Shown piece after piece: positions 1 to 12,680 of a DNA stretch of 64,000 nucleotides. The notes below the pieces were generated by a model. It did no database searches, had not been told where the DNA came from, and saw only the letters and a list, made by a program, of their open reading frames with translations. The translations under genes were made by a program, and so were the position numbers. Position 1 is the first letter of the stretch, and every line of letters begins with the position of its first letter. Source of the DNA: Callorhinchus milii (taxonomy: Eukaryota); contig NW_024704742.1 of NCBI RefSeq assembly GCF_018977255.1, forward strand, positions 70,992,001-71,056,000, given 5' to 3'.

Positions 1-937
1 AGGGGATTAGACCGGGTGGCTTATTTGAAGAGAAATGCTAGCACAAATGTGATAGATTAAATGGCTAGTTTCTGTTCCGGAACATTCTATAGATTTGCGA
101 GTTAGACAGTTGGGTCAACCTTTACTGTTGTGTCTGTCTGGGAGGGAGGGAGCAAGGGTCAATTGAACAGTGAGGAATTTATACCATATGACTCAGCCCC
201 ACAGCAAGTGTGACAAAGCCACTTGTCTCCTCACGGCGTCATTTCTAATCTGACAAGAATATTTTTTTTGACCAACGTTTTGACGAACACGGCTCCTTTA
301 AGAACTAAACGTGGCTCAGGTCATTGAGAAGAAGAAAGAAATTTGGCGTTTTAATAGCGCCTCGGGAAATGTGGAATGACTGTGTATTTTGTTGTCAAAT
401 GTGGCAGCCAGTTTGCGCACAGCAATGTCCCACAAACAGTCGTAGATTGAAAATGACCAATTTTATTATTGTTTTTGGTTTTGGAGGGATTATTATTAGG
501 CTCTGTGTGGAGTAAGGAAACTTGCCCAAGGTTTCGCCCTCTGCCTGGAATTGAACTCAGGTCTCTCACTTGCAAAGCGAGTGCTCTAACCACTGAGCCA
601 CAGGACTCCACTTACAAACAGCCATGGAGTGAATGACCAATTTTATGTGGGGGATTGTTGGCCAGGACACCGGGAGAGAGAAACTCACTTCTCTTTTCCA
701 ATAGCACTGCGGGATCTTTAATATCCACCTGAACAGTACTCAGGTGGGAGCTCATTTTAATGTCTCACATGAAGAATGGTGCCTCTGTGCCCTACATGTG
801 GGCGCTTACTGTGCACATACACTCTCTTCCCACTTTTAAAATCCATTTGAAGACCTCCCTCTGATTGTGTTTTTGGTCATCCCTCCCACCACCCCCTTCA
901 GACATCACCCCACAGTTTGCCTCTCGATCAGAGGTGG

Positions 938-1389
938 TGTCAGCTTGGCACAGTGGTAACACTCTCGCCTCTGAGTCGGAAAATTGTGCATTAAAACCCT
1001 CATGTCAGGACTTGGAATCACGTAGTCTAAGATGACACTCCGTGCTGGGTGGCTGCAGTACTGGGGGGATGTTTGTTTTTACGACATCATTCAGATGAGA
1101 TGTTAAACCAAGGTCCCGTCCACCTGTTCAGGTGGACGTTAAAGATCCCATGGCACTTTCGAAAAGAGCAGGGAGTCTCTCTCTTCCAGTGTTCTGGCCA
1201 AGAATCCTCTAAATAAAATTGGTCACTCACTCCATGACTGTTTGTGGGACACTGCTGTGTCCAATTGGCTGCCGTGTTTCACTGACAAAAACACAATCAA
1301 TCTGCTTTACAACATATACTGTGAAGTGTTTGAGATGTTTCAATGATGTGATAAGGAGCTGTACCAAATCCAAGGATTATTATTATTAT
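938..1389 (+). mobile_element. Deu-domain SINE, SacSINE1/AmnSINE-like (representative; others near 3855-4255 -, 4960-5383 +, 6520-6895 -, 13160-13540 +, 62845-63270 +)
   Basis: tRNA-like head, central gatgagatgttaaaccaaggtcc...ttaaagatcccatggcact...ctggccaa block recognisable as the Deu domain, and an L2-type tail with (TTA)n. Confidence 0.75.
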
Positions 1390-2220
1390 GGATGTGGGTT
1401 CAAGTTCCCTATCTGGATTTTGAGCTCGCAATCTAGGTTGACAGTCCAGTGCAGTACTGGGGAGAGCAATGCATTTTCAGAGATGCCATTTTTCTAATGA
1501 GACCTTACACCGAGCTACCATCAGTGCCTGTTCAAGTGGACGTTTATGATCCCACTGCATCGATGCTGAGATAGTTCAAATGATTGATCAAATGCAAGGA
1601 TTATTATTATTAAAGGGTTGGTCCTGTCGCACAGTGGGACTCTCTCCAGAGGGGATCGTCCTGGCTATAAATCTCTTTAAGTTGCTGTGTTGTCAGGTTC
1701 GGACTCCACTACCGCTCTGTGCACTGAGGCGAGAGCCATTTGCAGCCCATTTACCCACCGATAAGATCTGCCCAGCGGCCAGGAGTCTGTGATCTGTGGA
1801 GTCAGCCTGTAACCAGGAGCTGAGAGCCTGTGTGGGGAGGAGGCGAGGGGGGAGGCAGGGGCTGGAGAGGAGATGGAAATGAGGAGAGACAGGGGAATGG
1901 GAATGTGGAGAGAACGGGAAATGGGAATGGTGAGAGGAGACAGGAATAGGGAGAGGAAATTGGAATGGGGAGAGAGAGGAGACGGGAATGGGGAGCTCAA
2001 TGCTGCGATCAGGGGCATCGTCGGCCCCAGCCATTATTCCGAAGCCAGAGAGATGTTCTGATGATGTGTATTGGAAGGGAATGTGCACTCTCTCACTGGA
2101 GGGATGCATCCTGTTTACATAATTTCGGAAAGCATTAGGTGCAGGTTTGCAAGAGCCAAGGCTTGGTGTGTTCGGGTAACTGCTGGAGTCTAACCTACTA
2201 AAACTACATAGCTTGCCTTG

Positions 2221-2988
2221 GCACCACCTTGTTCGACCCTCAACTGTCCTTTCTCCCCCACATCCATGCCATGACCCAGTCTGACTTCCCCCACCTCCGC
2301 AACATTGCCTGGCTCCGCCACTGCCTCATCCCTCAGGCCACTGAAACCCTCATACATGCCTTCATTACAACCAGGCTCGACTATACCAATGCTCTGCTTG
2401 TTGGCCTTCCCAACTCTTCCCTCCATAAACTGCAGATCATCCAGAACTCTGCAGCATGTGTCCTCTCTCACACCAGGCTCCTTAACCCCATCACACCCAC
2501 CCTTGCCCGGCTCCACTGTCTCCCCATCCCTCAGAGGATCAAGTTCAAAATTCTCATCCTCACCTTCAAGGCCCTCCATGGCCTTGCCCCCTCCTACCTC
2601 TGTAACATGCTAACCCCTTATCAACCTGTCCGCTGACTCTGCTTGGCAGGCTCCGGCCTGCTCAATGTCCCCCGCCCAGCCCACCCCACCATCGGTGGTC
2701 AGGCCTTCAGCCTCTTTGCCGCCACCCTCTGGAACTCCATCCTACATTCCCTTCACCTTGCTCGCTCCCTTGCCTCCTTCAAGGCAACCTTCAAGACAAG
2801 ACCCTCCTCTTCAACCATGCCTTCGGCCACTCTCCTACTGACACCCTTCCTGCCCTCTACACTCCCTGATCCCCAAACCTCCCACCCGCACCCCCTGTTC
2901 AGGTAATCACTAATCCCTGACTGTTCAGTGCTTTGGGACATGCTCCCGACATGAAATGCGCTTTACAAATGTAATTTTGCATTGTATT
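2221..2988 (+). mobile_element. 5'-truncated L2 fragment
   Basis: FDPQLSF...RLDYTNALL...QNSAA...LH(C)LP...KILILTFKALHGLAPSYL, followed by the L2 3' tail. Confidence 0.85.
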
Positions 2989-3366
2989 ATATCGCTGTCT
3001 GGCAAGCTTTCTCGTTGCTTGTCTAGCCAGGACCACCCAACCCATTAAGGGTATGGTTTGCAGGGTTAACAGGAGCTGAGTGGGAGGATTCCCTGCCCCC
3101 AGTGACTGGTCTGTCCTTCCAGGTCCTTCCAATGAGCCAGGCTGGGCTGAGCTGTCATCAGCAGTGCCCTGGAATACTGCGGACCCACCTGGCTCAGGAA
3201 CTGGACTAGAGACTGTCACAGACAGCTGGCTTAATTCTGACATTCTGTTGCCAAACATGTCACCTTGGAGCCAGTTCAGCCAAGGAGACCCCGCTTACCT
3301 CTCACTAAGGAGGTAAGCAAGGAGATAGTTAAAGAGAGTGAGGGGTTTTTAGGAGGGAAAATTGCA

Positions 3367-3693
3367 TTATAATAATAATAATAATAATAATCCTTGCATT
3401 TGATATAGCGCTTTTCACGTCGGGAGGACGTCCCAAAGCGCTTCACAGAACACACTGTAAAGTGAATTGACTGTATATTTGTGGGCGAACGCGGCAGCCA
3501 ATTGCGCACAGCAATGTCCCACAAACAGTCGTAGATTAAAAATGACCAATTATTATTGTTTTTGGTTTTTGGAGGGATTATTATTAGGCGTGTGGAGTAA
3601 GGAAACTTGCCCAAGGTTTCGCCCTCTGCCTGGAATTGAACTCAGGTCTCTCACTTGCAAAGCGAGTGCTCTAACCACTGAGCTACAGGACTC
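3367..3693 (-). mobile_element. Young short-subfamily SINE
   Basis: Near-identical to the reverse complement of 43431-43753. A 3'-incomplete copy lies at about 370-610. Confidence 0.88.
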
Positions 3694-4309
3694 ATGCATT
3701 GCATGAAACTGCAGTACTCCCCCAGCACTGCAGCGTCAGCCTAGATTCTGAGCTCAAAATCACTTCTGAAATATTTCACTAACACAGATTTGTGGAATGT
3801 TTGTCATATTGGAGAATATTTCAGAGTCAAAGGCAGAAGGCAAATAGGTAGGCTATAATAATAATAATAATTCTTCCATTTGATGTTGCGCCTTATCACG
3901 TTGTTGACACATCTCAAAGTGCTTCACAGAATATACTGTAGTGGCTGTGTATTTTGTGGAAAAAAGCTGCAGCCAATTGTTCACAGCAGTGATCCACAAA
4001 CAGCCAATTTTATTTGGGGGATTGTTAGCCAGGACACACGGAGAGAGAAACTCTCTTCTCTTTTTGAACAGTGCCATGGGATCTTTAACATCCATGCGAA
4101 CAAGCAGATGGGACCTCGGCTTAAAGTCTGATCCGAATAACTGCACCTCCGATTAGGGCTGCATTGGAGTGTCAGCTTGTGATTCCAAGTTCTGAAGTGG
4201 AGCTTGAACCCACAACGTGACTCAAAGGCGAGAGTGCTACCACTGAGCCAGGCGGACACACAAACAACATTCAGAGGCTTTTGACAGATGGCAAAAATCA
4301 AAGGGATTT

Positions 4310-4535
4310 TGAGAGAGGGTGCATAGAGAAGGATTCAAAGAGAGAGAGACAGAGAGATTGAGAGACTGAGAGAAAGGGCGAGATGGAGAGAAAGAGAGTG
4401 GAAAGAGATACTGAAAGAGACTGAGTGGGAGACAGAGAGAGAAAGGAAGAGACTGAGACTGGGAGAGAGGGGATTCAGAGAGAGAGAGAGAGAGATTCAA
4501 AACAACAGAGAGAGAGAGGTAGAGTGAGAGAGATA
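4310..4535. repeat. GA-rich low-complexity tract
   Basis: Degenerate (GA)n. Confidence 0.85.
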
Positions 4536-7494
4536 ATACTTGCATGTTATGAAATGAGGATGTAGCTGTGCTTGTTGAGATAAGGAGGCAGAGAGTGTGG
4601 TGGAGAGACAGGCTGACCCAATGCAGGATTCTTTCCTGCCATTTAACTCTAAAAGGAAGATGTTTTCGCAAGCATTGAATCCAGTTTGTATTTTATGTGA
4701 TGTCCAATTATCAGATGGAACTTAAAGATCCCACAGTGCTATTTGAAAAGAGAAGAGTTTCTCTCCCAAAGTGTCCTAGCCAATAATCCTTGCAAATAAA
4801 ATTGGTCATTTACTTCATTGCTGTTTGTAGGGCGTTGCTATGTGCAAATTGCCAGCCTTATTCATCTAAGGCACTTCACAGTAAATCCTTGAAACATCTT
4901 AATAAGAGGCCAAATCAATGATTATTAATTAGCTGCACGCATTTTCTATGGTCCACATGTGTCAGCCTGGCTCTCGCCTCTGAGTTAGAAGGTTGTGGTT
5001 TAAAATTCCACATGGGGTCTTGGAATCACAGTCTAAGCTGACACTCAAATGCAGCACTGTGTTGCATTGTCGGAGATGCTGTTCTTCGGATGAGACGTTA
5101 AACTGAGGTCGCTTCTGCCTGTTCAGGTGGACGTTAAAAGTGTCACTGCACTATCGAAAAGAGAAGGGAGTTTTTCTCTCCTGGTGTCCTGGCCAACATC
5201 CCCCAAATAGAATTGGTTACTCACTCCGTGGCTGTTTGTGAGACATTGCTGTGTGCAAACTAGCTGCCATGTTCTGCCATAAAATATACAGTAAATCCAC
5301 TTTACATTATATCCTGTGAAGTACTTAGAGATGTCTTGACGATGTGATAAGGTCCAATGTCAAATGCGAGGATTATTATTATTTGTTCTGGTCAGCCAGA
5401 TATCTGACACATGGAGAAACCCATCACCGTGCTTAAGACTCTCCAAACCTAACCACTGAGAATTTCCTTCACACGTGTTCAGTTTCCCTGTGTCTGGAAT
5501 GGAATATGCACTCTCTCCCGAAGGGAGACAGCGTGCTCACATAATTCAAGAAAGGATAGGCACAGGTTGGCAAGAGCCAAGTCTCGGGGACCCAAGAGTG
5601 TGTGTTGGAAACATACACTGTTGTTTAACCAGCTATTACCATTGACAAGCTTTTTGTCTTGCTCCTCCCTACCTCTGCAACCTATTGAAACTTCACCAAC
5701 CTGTCCACTCCCTCCGCACGGTGGGTACAGACAGGCCTGCTCCATGTCCCCCGCCCTGCCTGCTCCACCATCGGCAGTCGGGCCTTCAGGCTTTCTGCCC
5801 TCACCCTCTAGAACTGTAACCCAGAGCCCCTCTACCTCACGTTCTTCCTTGCTTCCTTCAAGGCCTGTCTCAAGACCTTCCTTTTCTACCATGCCTTTGG
5901 TTATCATCCCTCCTTCACCCTCCCTGATCTCCACCCCTCTCTGATTCCCAAACCCCAGCTCTGGTGCAAACCCCTCATTGTCAAGTGCCTTGTGTGGTCC
6001 TCCTGACGTGAAAGGTGCGATATAAATGCAAGTTGTTGCTATTGTTGTGACCCATGCTGTCTATAAAGTCTGGGTGATGTTCTCCTGCCTGTAAGTGCAA
6101 GTTGTTGCCCTGCAGGGGGCTGAGAGGAGAGCCATGGTGAACATCTCTCTGCTAAAAGCTGTAATACGTTATACACACTTGTTTTCTAACTTGGATTTTT
6201 ATTATTATTAATACTAATAATCCTACTATCTGTTAACAACAACTTGTATTTATATAGCGTCCCTCATGCAGGGTAGCGTCCCAGAGCACTTGACAGTGGC
6301 GGAGCATGACACCGAGCCAGGGGCAGGTGGAGGTGACCGTAGTTGCGGTCGAAGAGAAAGGTCGTCACGTGTAACCTGAAGATGGGGAAGGAGGGAGGCA
6401 AGGCGGAGGGATTGAGAAAGAGTTTTCCAGAGTTTCGGGGCCTAGTGGCTGAAAGGGGGGTCACCGATGGTAGAATGGAAGGCACAAGGGACAAGCAGTG
6501 CCTCTCAGGTCAAAAGGACGTTTCAAAGCCCTTCACAGAATTTTACTGTAAAGTGTAGTGACTGTGTATTTTGTAGGCAAACACAGCAGCCAATTTGTGC
6601 ACAGCAATGTCCCACAAACAGCTGTGAAATGATTTTACCTGAGGGCCAGGACACCAGAAGAAAGAAATTCCCTTCTCTTTTCCAATTGTGCTGCAGGATC
6701 TTTAACATCCACCTGAACAGGCACATGGTTCCTCAGTTTAACATCTCATCTGAAGGTCAGGAGCTCTGACAAGGCAATGGTCACCCCAGCGCTGTATTGT
6801 AGTGTCAGCCTGGAGTGCAAGCTCAAAGTCCCAATGTGGGGCTTGAACTCACAACTTTCTGACTCAGAGACGAGAGTGCTACCGACTGAGAGAGGCTTCA
6901 TCAAAGCTTGTCACAGGGACTGCTATTATCTGTAATGTACACAGAATGCAGACATGAGGGAGAAGGGAATGGAGAGGTATGGGATAGGGGGTGAGGAGCG
7001 TTGGAGGCTTATGTGAAGTATGTAAACCAGCACGGACTAGTTGGGTCAAATGGCCTGTTTCTGTGCTGTAATGTTCTATGTTAATTCTATGTATTGCTCT
7101 CTATAATATATGCAGGGGCTGCTATTCTCTACCTTGCCCTCTCCTTCCGCTTGTTTAGAGCACGACTTAAGACCTTCCTCACCCTCCACCCGACTTGGTG
7201 TCAGGCTCCTCCACTGTTAAGCGCTCTAGAATACTGCCCCGTGTGGAGGGCGCTGTGTAAATCACGTTGTTGATGTTACACACAACCCCGTTTACTCTTA
7301 ACCATGTGAGATCAATAGATATTTGTTCAGTAAGGGTATCAAGGGATATGGGTCAAACGCGTGCAATTAGAGTTGAGGTACAGATCAGCCGTGTTCTTAT
7401 AGAAGAGCAGAACAGGATCCAGGGGCTGAATGGCCTCCTCCTGTTCCTATGTTCTTATGTTCCCCCTCACGCTGACCGTTTCTGCTCTTAACAG

Positions 7495-7672
7495 GAGTGC
7501 AAGCCCAGGGCCTCAGATTTCCGGACATATGTGGAGAACCGGACACGACATTCAGATGATCTGAGCCGGAAGCAGATCCGGGTTTACCAGCTGTACAGCC
7601 GGACCAGTGGCAAGCACGTCCAGGTGCTGGGCCAGCGCATCAGTGCCAACGGCGAGGATGGGGGCCAGTATG
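7495..7672 (+). CDS. fgf24: FGF8/17/18/24-subfamily ligand, probably FGF24: first visible coding exon ([59 protein letters not shown])
   Basis: Acceptor ttaacag| and donor G|gtgag; 178 bp, phase 0 to 1. The [11 protein letters not shown] motif is diagnostic of the FGF8 subfamily, and DDLSRKQ and ANGEDGG resemble teleost Fgf24. The signal-peptide exons were not found and are probably upstream of the window. Confidence 0.85.
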
Positions 7673-10405
7673 GTGAGAGGACGGGCTCGTGGGGGAATGG
7701 TGGGAGGAGCTGGAAACAACTGACAATTTTTGTTATTCTTGTTGAGTAAGGATATCAAGGGATATGGGGCAAAGGCCGGTATATGGAGTTGAGATATAGA
7801 TCAGCCATGATCTAACAGAATGGTGGAGTAGGCTCGAGGGGCGAATGGCCTGCTCCTATTCTTGTGTTCCTAAAATGTCATGCACTCGCCTCTCAAGCGA
7901 GAGAACCCGGGTTTGGTCCTCAATCCATGACTGTATGTGGGACACTGCTGTGTGCAATTGGCTGCCGCGTTTTGCCCACAAAATACAGTTAATCCACTTT
8001 ACAATATATTCTGTTAAGCGCTCTGAGGTGTCTCGACAACGTGATGAAGTGCTGTATAATAATAATTCTTGCATTTGATATAGCGCCTTATCATACCGAA
8101 ACCTTTTCAAACCCCCAAATAAAATGGGTCACTCACTTCATGGCTGTTTATGGGATGCTGCTGTGTGCAAATCTGCTTCCGCATTTGCCTGGAAAATACA
8201 CTACACTTCATAGTAAAATCATGTGAAGCGCTTTGAGATGCCTCAATGATGTGATAAGGTGCAAATGCAAGGATTATTACTGTTGTTATGAATTCCCTCA
8301 AATGATTTCTGATCCGTGGCTTTTCAGTTCCATATTGTCCTTTGGGAAAAGAGATTTTTCCCTGTCTCAGCCCTAACCCGAATAGTATATGAGGCTGCGG
8401 GATCATTAGATTGAAAGAGAAAAAGGGAGATAGAGGAAACTTCTGATAAGATGCTATCTCTATATTCTGGCATCACTGTAAAGTCAGAGGTAGTCTCCAT
8501 CTCTTAAATACTATTTCCTTTTAATCTTCCGGCCTCTGTGATCTTCGCGTCTGATGTGATGCAAGGAACCAAGCTGCCTCCATGTGCGTTTCCCCTTTAA
8601 GGCTCCTGATCGCAAGCTGGTGACTACGTTAATTTATCACCAGCAACCTGGAACCAAGTCCTGTTATGTAGTGGTTATACACTCGCCTTGCAAATGAGAG
8701 GACCTGGGTTTGATTCCCAGGCAGGGCGAAACCTTAGGCAAGTTTCCTTAATCCACACGCCTGTGTTTACCCAGCAGTAAGTAAAAACCTGGTTGTTAGT
8801 CGATTGGCAGATTGCCTTTCCGGGGTTAATAATCCTTCCAAAAAAAATCAATCTAAGACATTCCTATGCACAATTGGCTGCCATATTTCGCCCACAAAAC
8901 ACCCAGTCAATCCACTTTACAGTATAATCTGTGAAGCTTTGAAACATCTTAACTACATGATAAGGCGCCATATCAAATGGAAGGTTTATTATTATTATTA
9001 CTCTTTAACATTCCATAGCCATGAAACCTCCTCTTTAACAGTAAATGACTATAGAATCATCCATCCCTTTAACAGTACATACACATCTTTAATGATAAAG
9101 GTCACCCTCCCCTCTAATAATATTGACCCATAGAATCACCTTTGCCTTCAGCAATAAATGGCTAGAGAATTGCCCTTTCCCTTAACCATAGAATCGCCTG
9201 CCCCTTGAATAATAAAGCCCACCCTCCCCTTCAATAATATTGCTCCATAGAATTGCCCTCCCCTTCAACAATAAAAGGTTGTAGAGTGAAGGAGCCGAAG
9301 AGAGTGCAATAATATCCTCGACATTATTTTTTTTAACACACATGAGGCACCTCATCCTGCCTTTAACATCTTTGAACACCATGAGACGCTACTCCATGTG
9401 AAGAGCGTAATAGAGATATAAGGGATTTCTCTATAAGAGCACTCTATAAATGCAAGTTGTTGTTCTGAAAGCCTGTATACGCCACATCCACAGCTTTGCC
9501 TTTTTCTACACTCTGAGTTATTTCATCAAAGCATGCTGTTAGATTTGCCTTTAACAAATCTATACGGGTCTCATTTTTTTGGTCATCTGGGTGTCTGACA
9601 CAAGTGGAAACTCATCACTGTGTTCAACAGTCTCCAAATCAAACTGAGAATTCTACTTAGGCCACGTACACATGAAAATGTCATGTTGTAATTTACTTGA
9701 ACAGAGGTGAACGGACAGTAGCAACCATCCAGTCTTCATATCCAAGAACAGTGGATAATTTTAGCAATCAATCCCTATATATCACCTTTCCCTTTAAGTG
9801 GGTCTTGCTCCCCACTGGAGTTCTCTATTCTAATCCCATTTCCTGCTCTTTCCTCAGACCCTCTTGAAAATTTCTTTACAGTCTTTGCTTCAATAGCGAC
9901 TTATGGTGAAGGATTCCATGTTATCAGATAACTATTTGAATGATAAAACATTTCTAACCTCCCCTTTAACTTTTCCAGTGACAAAGCACATAGTATCCTT
10001 TCAACGTTTCAAAGGCTGTTACTGGATCTCTGTTCCATTCAAAATGTTCGCCTTCAAAACACCAGTCACTACACTTTACAGTGTATCCCGTGAAACACTT
10101 TGAGACATTAAAAATCCTGTGGCACTATTGGAAAAGAGAAGGGAGTTTCTCTTTCCCGGTATCCTGGCCAACAATCATGGCTGTTTACTGATGTGCGCAA
10201 ATTGGCTGCCAGATTTGTCTCCAAACACAGTCATTAAAATTGAGAGAATGAATCACTTTGAGACGTTTTCCTGATGTCGACCCTAGAACGATTCTATGGA
10301 TCCAGCTTTAATAGCCACTTGTGGGAATGAACTCTAACAAGCCTCTGAATGAAGTTCCTTCTGTCCTACCTGAAATAACCTGCACTTTTACCATTGGCTC
10401 AAAGA

Positions 10406-10800
10406 CCCAAATTTCCACCAAGGCTTGCCTGCCAGACCATTTTGTCGTGTGGAAATTGTGGAAAATCTTCTATCTCAATCTGTGAGCCAGATTGCCAGGA
10501 ACCAGGTTCCCACAGTCTCTCTGCCTTGCCCCCTCCCTTGCCTTGTTGAAGGCCTGTCTTAAGACCCTCCCTTTCGACCATGCCTTTGGTCACCCATCTA
10601 CCTCTAACCTGCACCTCTCCTGATCCCAACCCCCTGCTCGATTCCAAATCCTTGACTGTTTCACGCCCTGGAACATTGTTTTGATGTGAAAGATGCTATA
10701 CAAATGTAACTTGTTGTTGTTGTTCCAAATTGAGACTAAATTTCATCGTAAATCTGAAAATGAAATGGTTTCACAGGCTAAGACCAGGTGGAATTTTGGG
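10406..10800. mobile_element. Possible MITE split by an L2 tail (about 10500-10722)
   Basis: Terminal inverted repeats cccaaatttccacc / ggtggaattttggg (13 of 14 complementary). The right end recurs at 20825-20843. Confidence 0.45.
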
Positions 10801-11615
10801 GCATCTGGTGTCCTTTCTTGCGAATTAGCAGGGCTCGCCCTGGTGTGTGTTGATTCAGCGTATAGTTTGTGTTAGCTTTGTAATGTTTACAACTAATGAA
10901 CCACCCAGTCATATAGCTCGTTCAGGGGTCAGCCAATGCTTAGTGTGGCTCACACAGTTTCCTTAAAGGGACATGTATTACAGTTGCTGGAACTGACACG
11001 CTGAATAATAATAAATAATAATAACAATCCTTGCATTTGATATAGCGCTTTTCAAGTCTTCTAGACATCTCAAAGTGCTTCATAGAATATATTGTAAAGT
11101 GAATTGACTGTATATTTGTGGCCGAAACACGGCAGTCAATTGCACACAGTAGTGTCCCACAAACCGTCGTGGATTGCATGACCAAATTATTTTTTTTGAG
11201 GGATTATTATCCCCAGAAAAGTGATCCGCCAATCAACTAACAACCGAGTTTCTACTTACTGCTAGGTAAACAGAGGTGTGTGGAGTAAGGAAACTTACCC
11301 AACATTTCGCCCTGCCTGGAATAGAACCCAGGTCTTTCGCTTGCATGGCGAATGCTCTAACCACTGAGCTACAGGACTTCATGATGGGGTGATTCTTCCC
11401 TGAGGGATCCAAAGCTGTGGGACAACAACTCAACAACTTGCATTTATATAGCGCCCTTCAAGACGAGGGGGTGGGGGGGTGGAGCAGAATCTCTGAGCGC
11501 TTAACAGTGTTCCGTCATCCTTACACCTGTTTGTGCGCTGCCCCTTCCTGGGCTAACCTCACCACCGCGGTCACTGTAACACTCAGTCCACATCAACTCC
11601 CTCTCCTCAATCCAG

Positions 11616-11722
11616 CTCTGCTTGTGGTGGAAACGGACACGTTCGGGAGTCACGTGCGGATCAAAGGGAAGGAAACGGGACATTACATCTGCATGAACAA
11701 GCGAGGCAAGATCCTGGGAAAG
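11616..11722 (+). CDS. fgf24: fgf24 internal exon ([36 protein letters not shown])
   Basis: tccag| acceptor and AAG|gtaaag donor; 107 bp, the conserved size of this exon in FGF8-subfamily genes. Phases join both neighbouring exons in frame. Confidence 0.87.
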
Positions 11723-11877
11723 GTAAAGAATGCTAGAAAATTTCACATTGTATGGATGTCTTCAATTGTTTCACAATACATCATTCACTTCATGGCAATT
11801 CGTGGGATGTTGACTGTGAGCAAATTGGCTGCTGCATTTGCCCACAAATACAGTAAACTCCTGATAACTCGTCCCAA

Positions 11878-12680
11878 CAAACAACAACAAATTACATTTA
11901 AATAGTGCCTTTCACATCAGGATGACGTCCCAAGGTGCTGGACAGTGAAGGGTTTGCACCTGAGCTGGGGGTTGAGATCAGGAGTGGTGGAGGGTAGGAG
12001 GGGTGGGAGGATGACTGAAGGCATGGTTGAAGAGAAAGTCTTGAGAAGGGTCTTGAAGGAGGCAAGAGGGTGGTGGGGGTGGGGGTGGGGGCTGGGGGAG
12101 CAAGGCAGAGGACTCCGGGATGGAGTTCCAGAAAGTGGGGGCAGAAAGGCTGAATATCCAACCATCATTGGTGGAGCGGGCAGAGTGGGGGGCATGGACT
12201 AGGCCAGTGCCCCCAAGCGAGCGGAGGGACTGGACAGGTTGGTATGGTATTAGTAGGTCACAGAGCTAGAGAACAGGAAGACCATGGAGGGTTTTAAAGG
12301 TGAGGACAAGGACCTTGAACTCTAACCTCTGGGGGATAAGGAGCTAGTGAAGCAGTGCAAGGGTGGGGGTGATAGGATCGGGAGAGGACATGAGCTGCAA
12401 TGTTCTGGATGATCTGCAGTTTGTAGAGGGAAAAGTTGGGAAGTCAGGCAAGCAGGGAGTTGGAGTGGTTGAGCATGGACGTAATGAAAGCATGGATGAA
12501 AATCTCGGCAGCCTGAAGGGAGAGGCAGTGACTGAGCCGAGCGATGTTGCAGAGGTGGGGGCGGCAGAGCTGGTCAAGGCACGGATGTGAGATAGAAAGG
12601 AAATTGAGGGTCAAATAAGACACTAAGGTTCCGTACTGGCTCAGTAGCGAGTAATCAGGAGCGGCAAGTTAGGTGAATGC
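11878..12680 (-). mobile_element. 5'-truncated L2 fragment in the last fgf24 intron
   Basis: (CAA)n tail, 3' stem-loop and decayed ORF2 C-terminus. Confidence 0.8.

Noticed and set aside
324..611. Recurring short ORFs such as CAQQCPTNS and KCKDYYYY throughout the track
   Set aside because: Translations of SINE bodies and (TTA)n tails, not genes.
6077..6096. ATGTTCTCCTGCCT|gtaagt resembles the end of FGF8/18 exon 1 (...TGCCT|gt)
   Set aside because: Only 14 coding bases, directly after an L2 tail, with no CpG island and no matching short hydrophobic exon 2 between it and 7495. The true first exons are probably upstream of the window.
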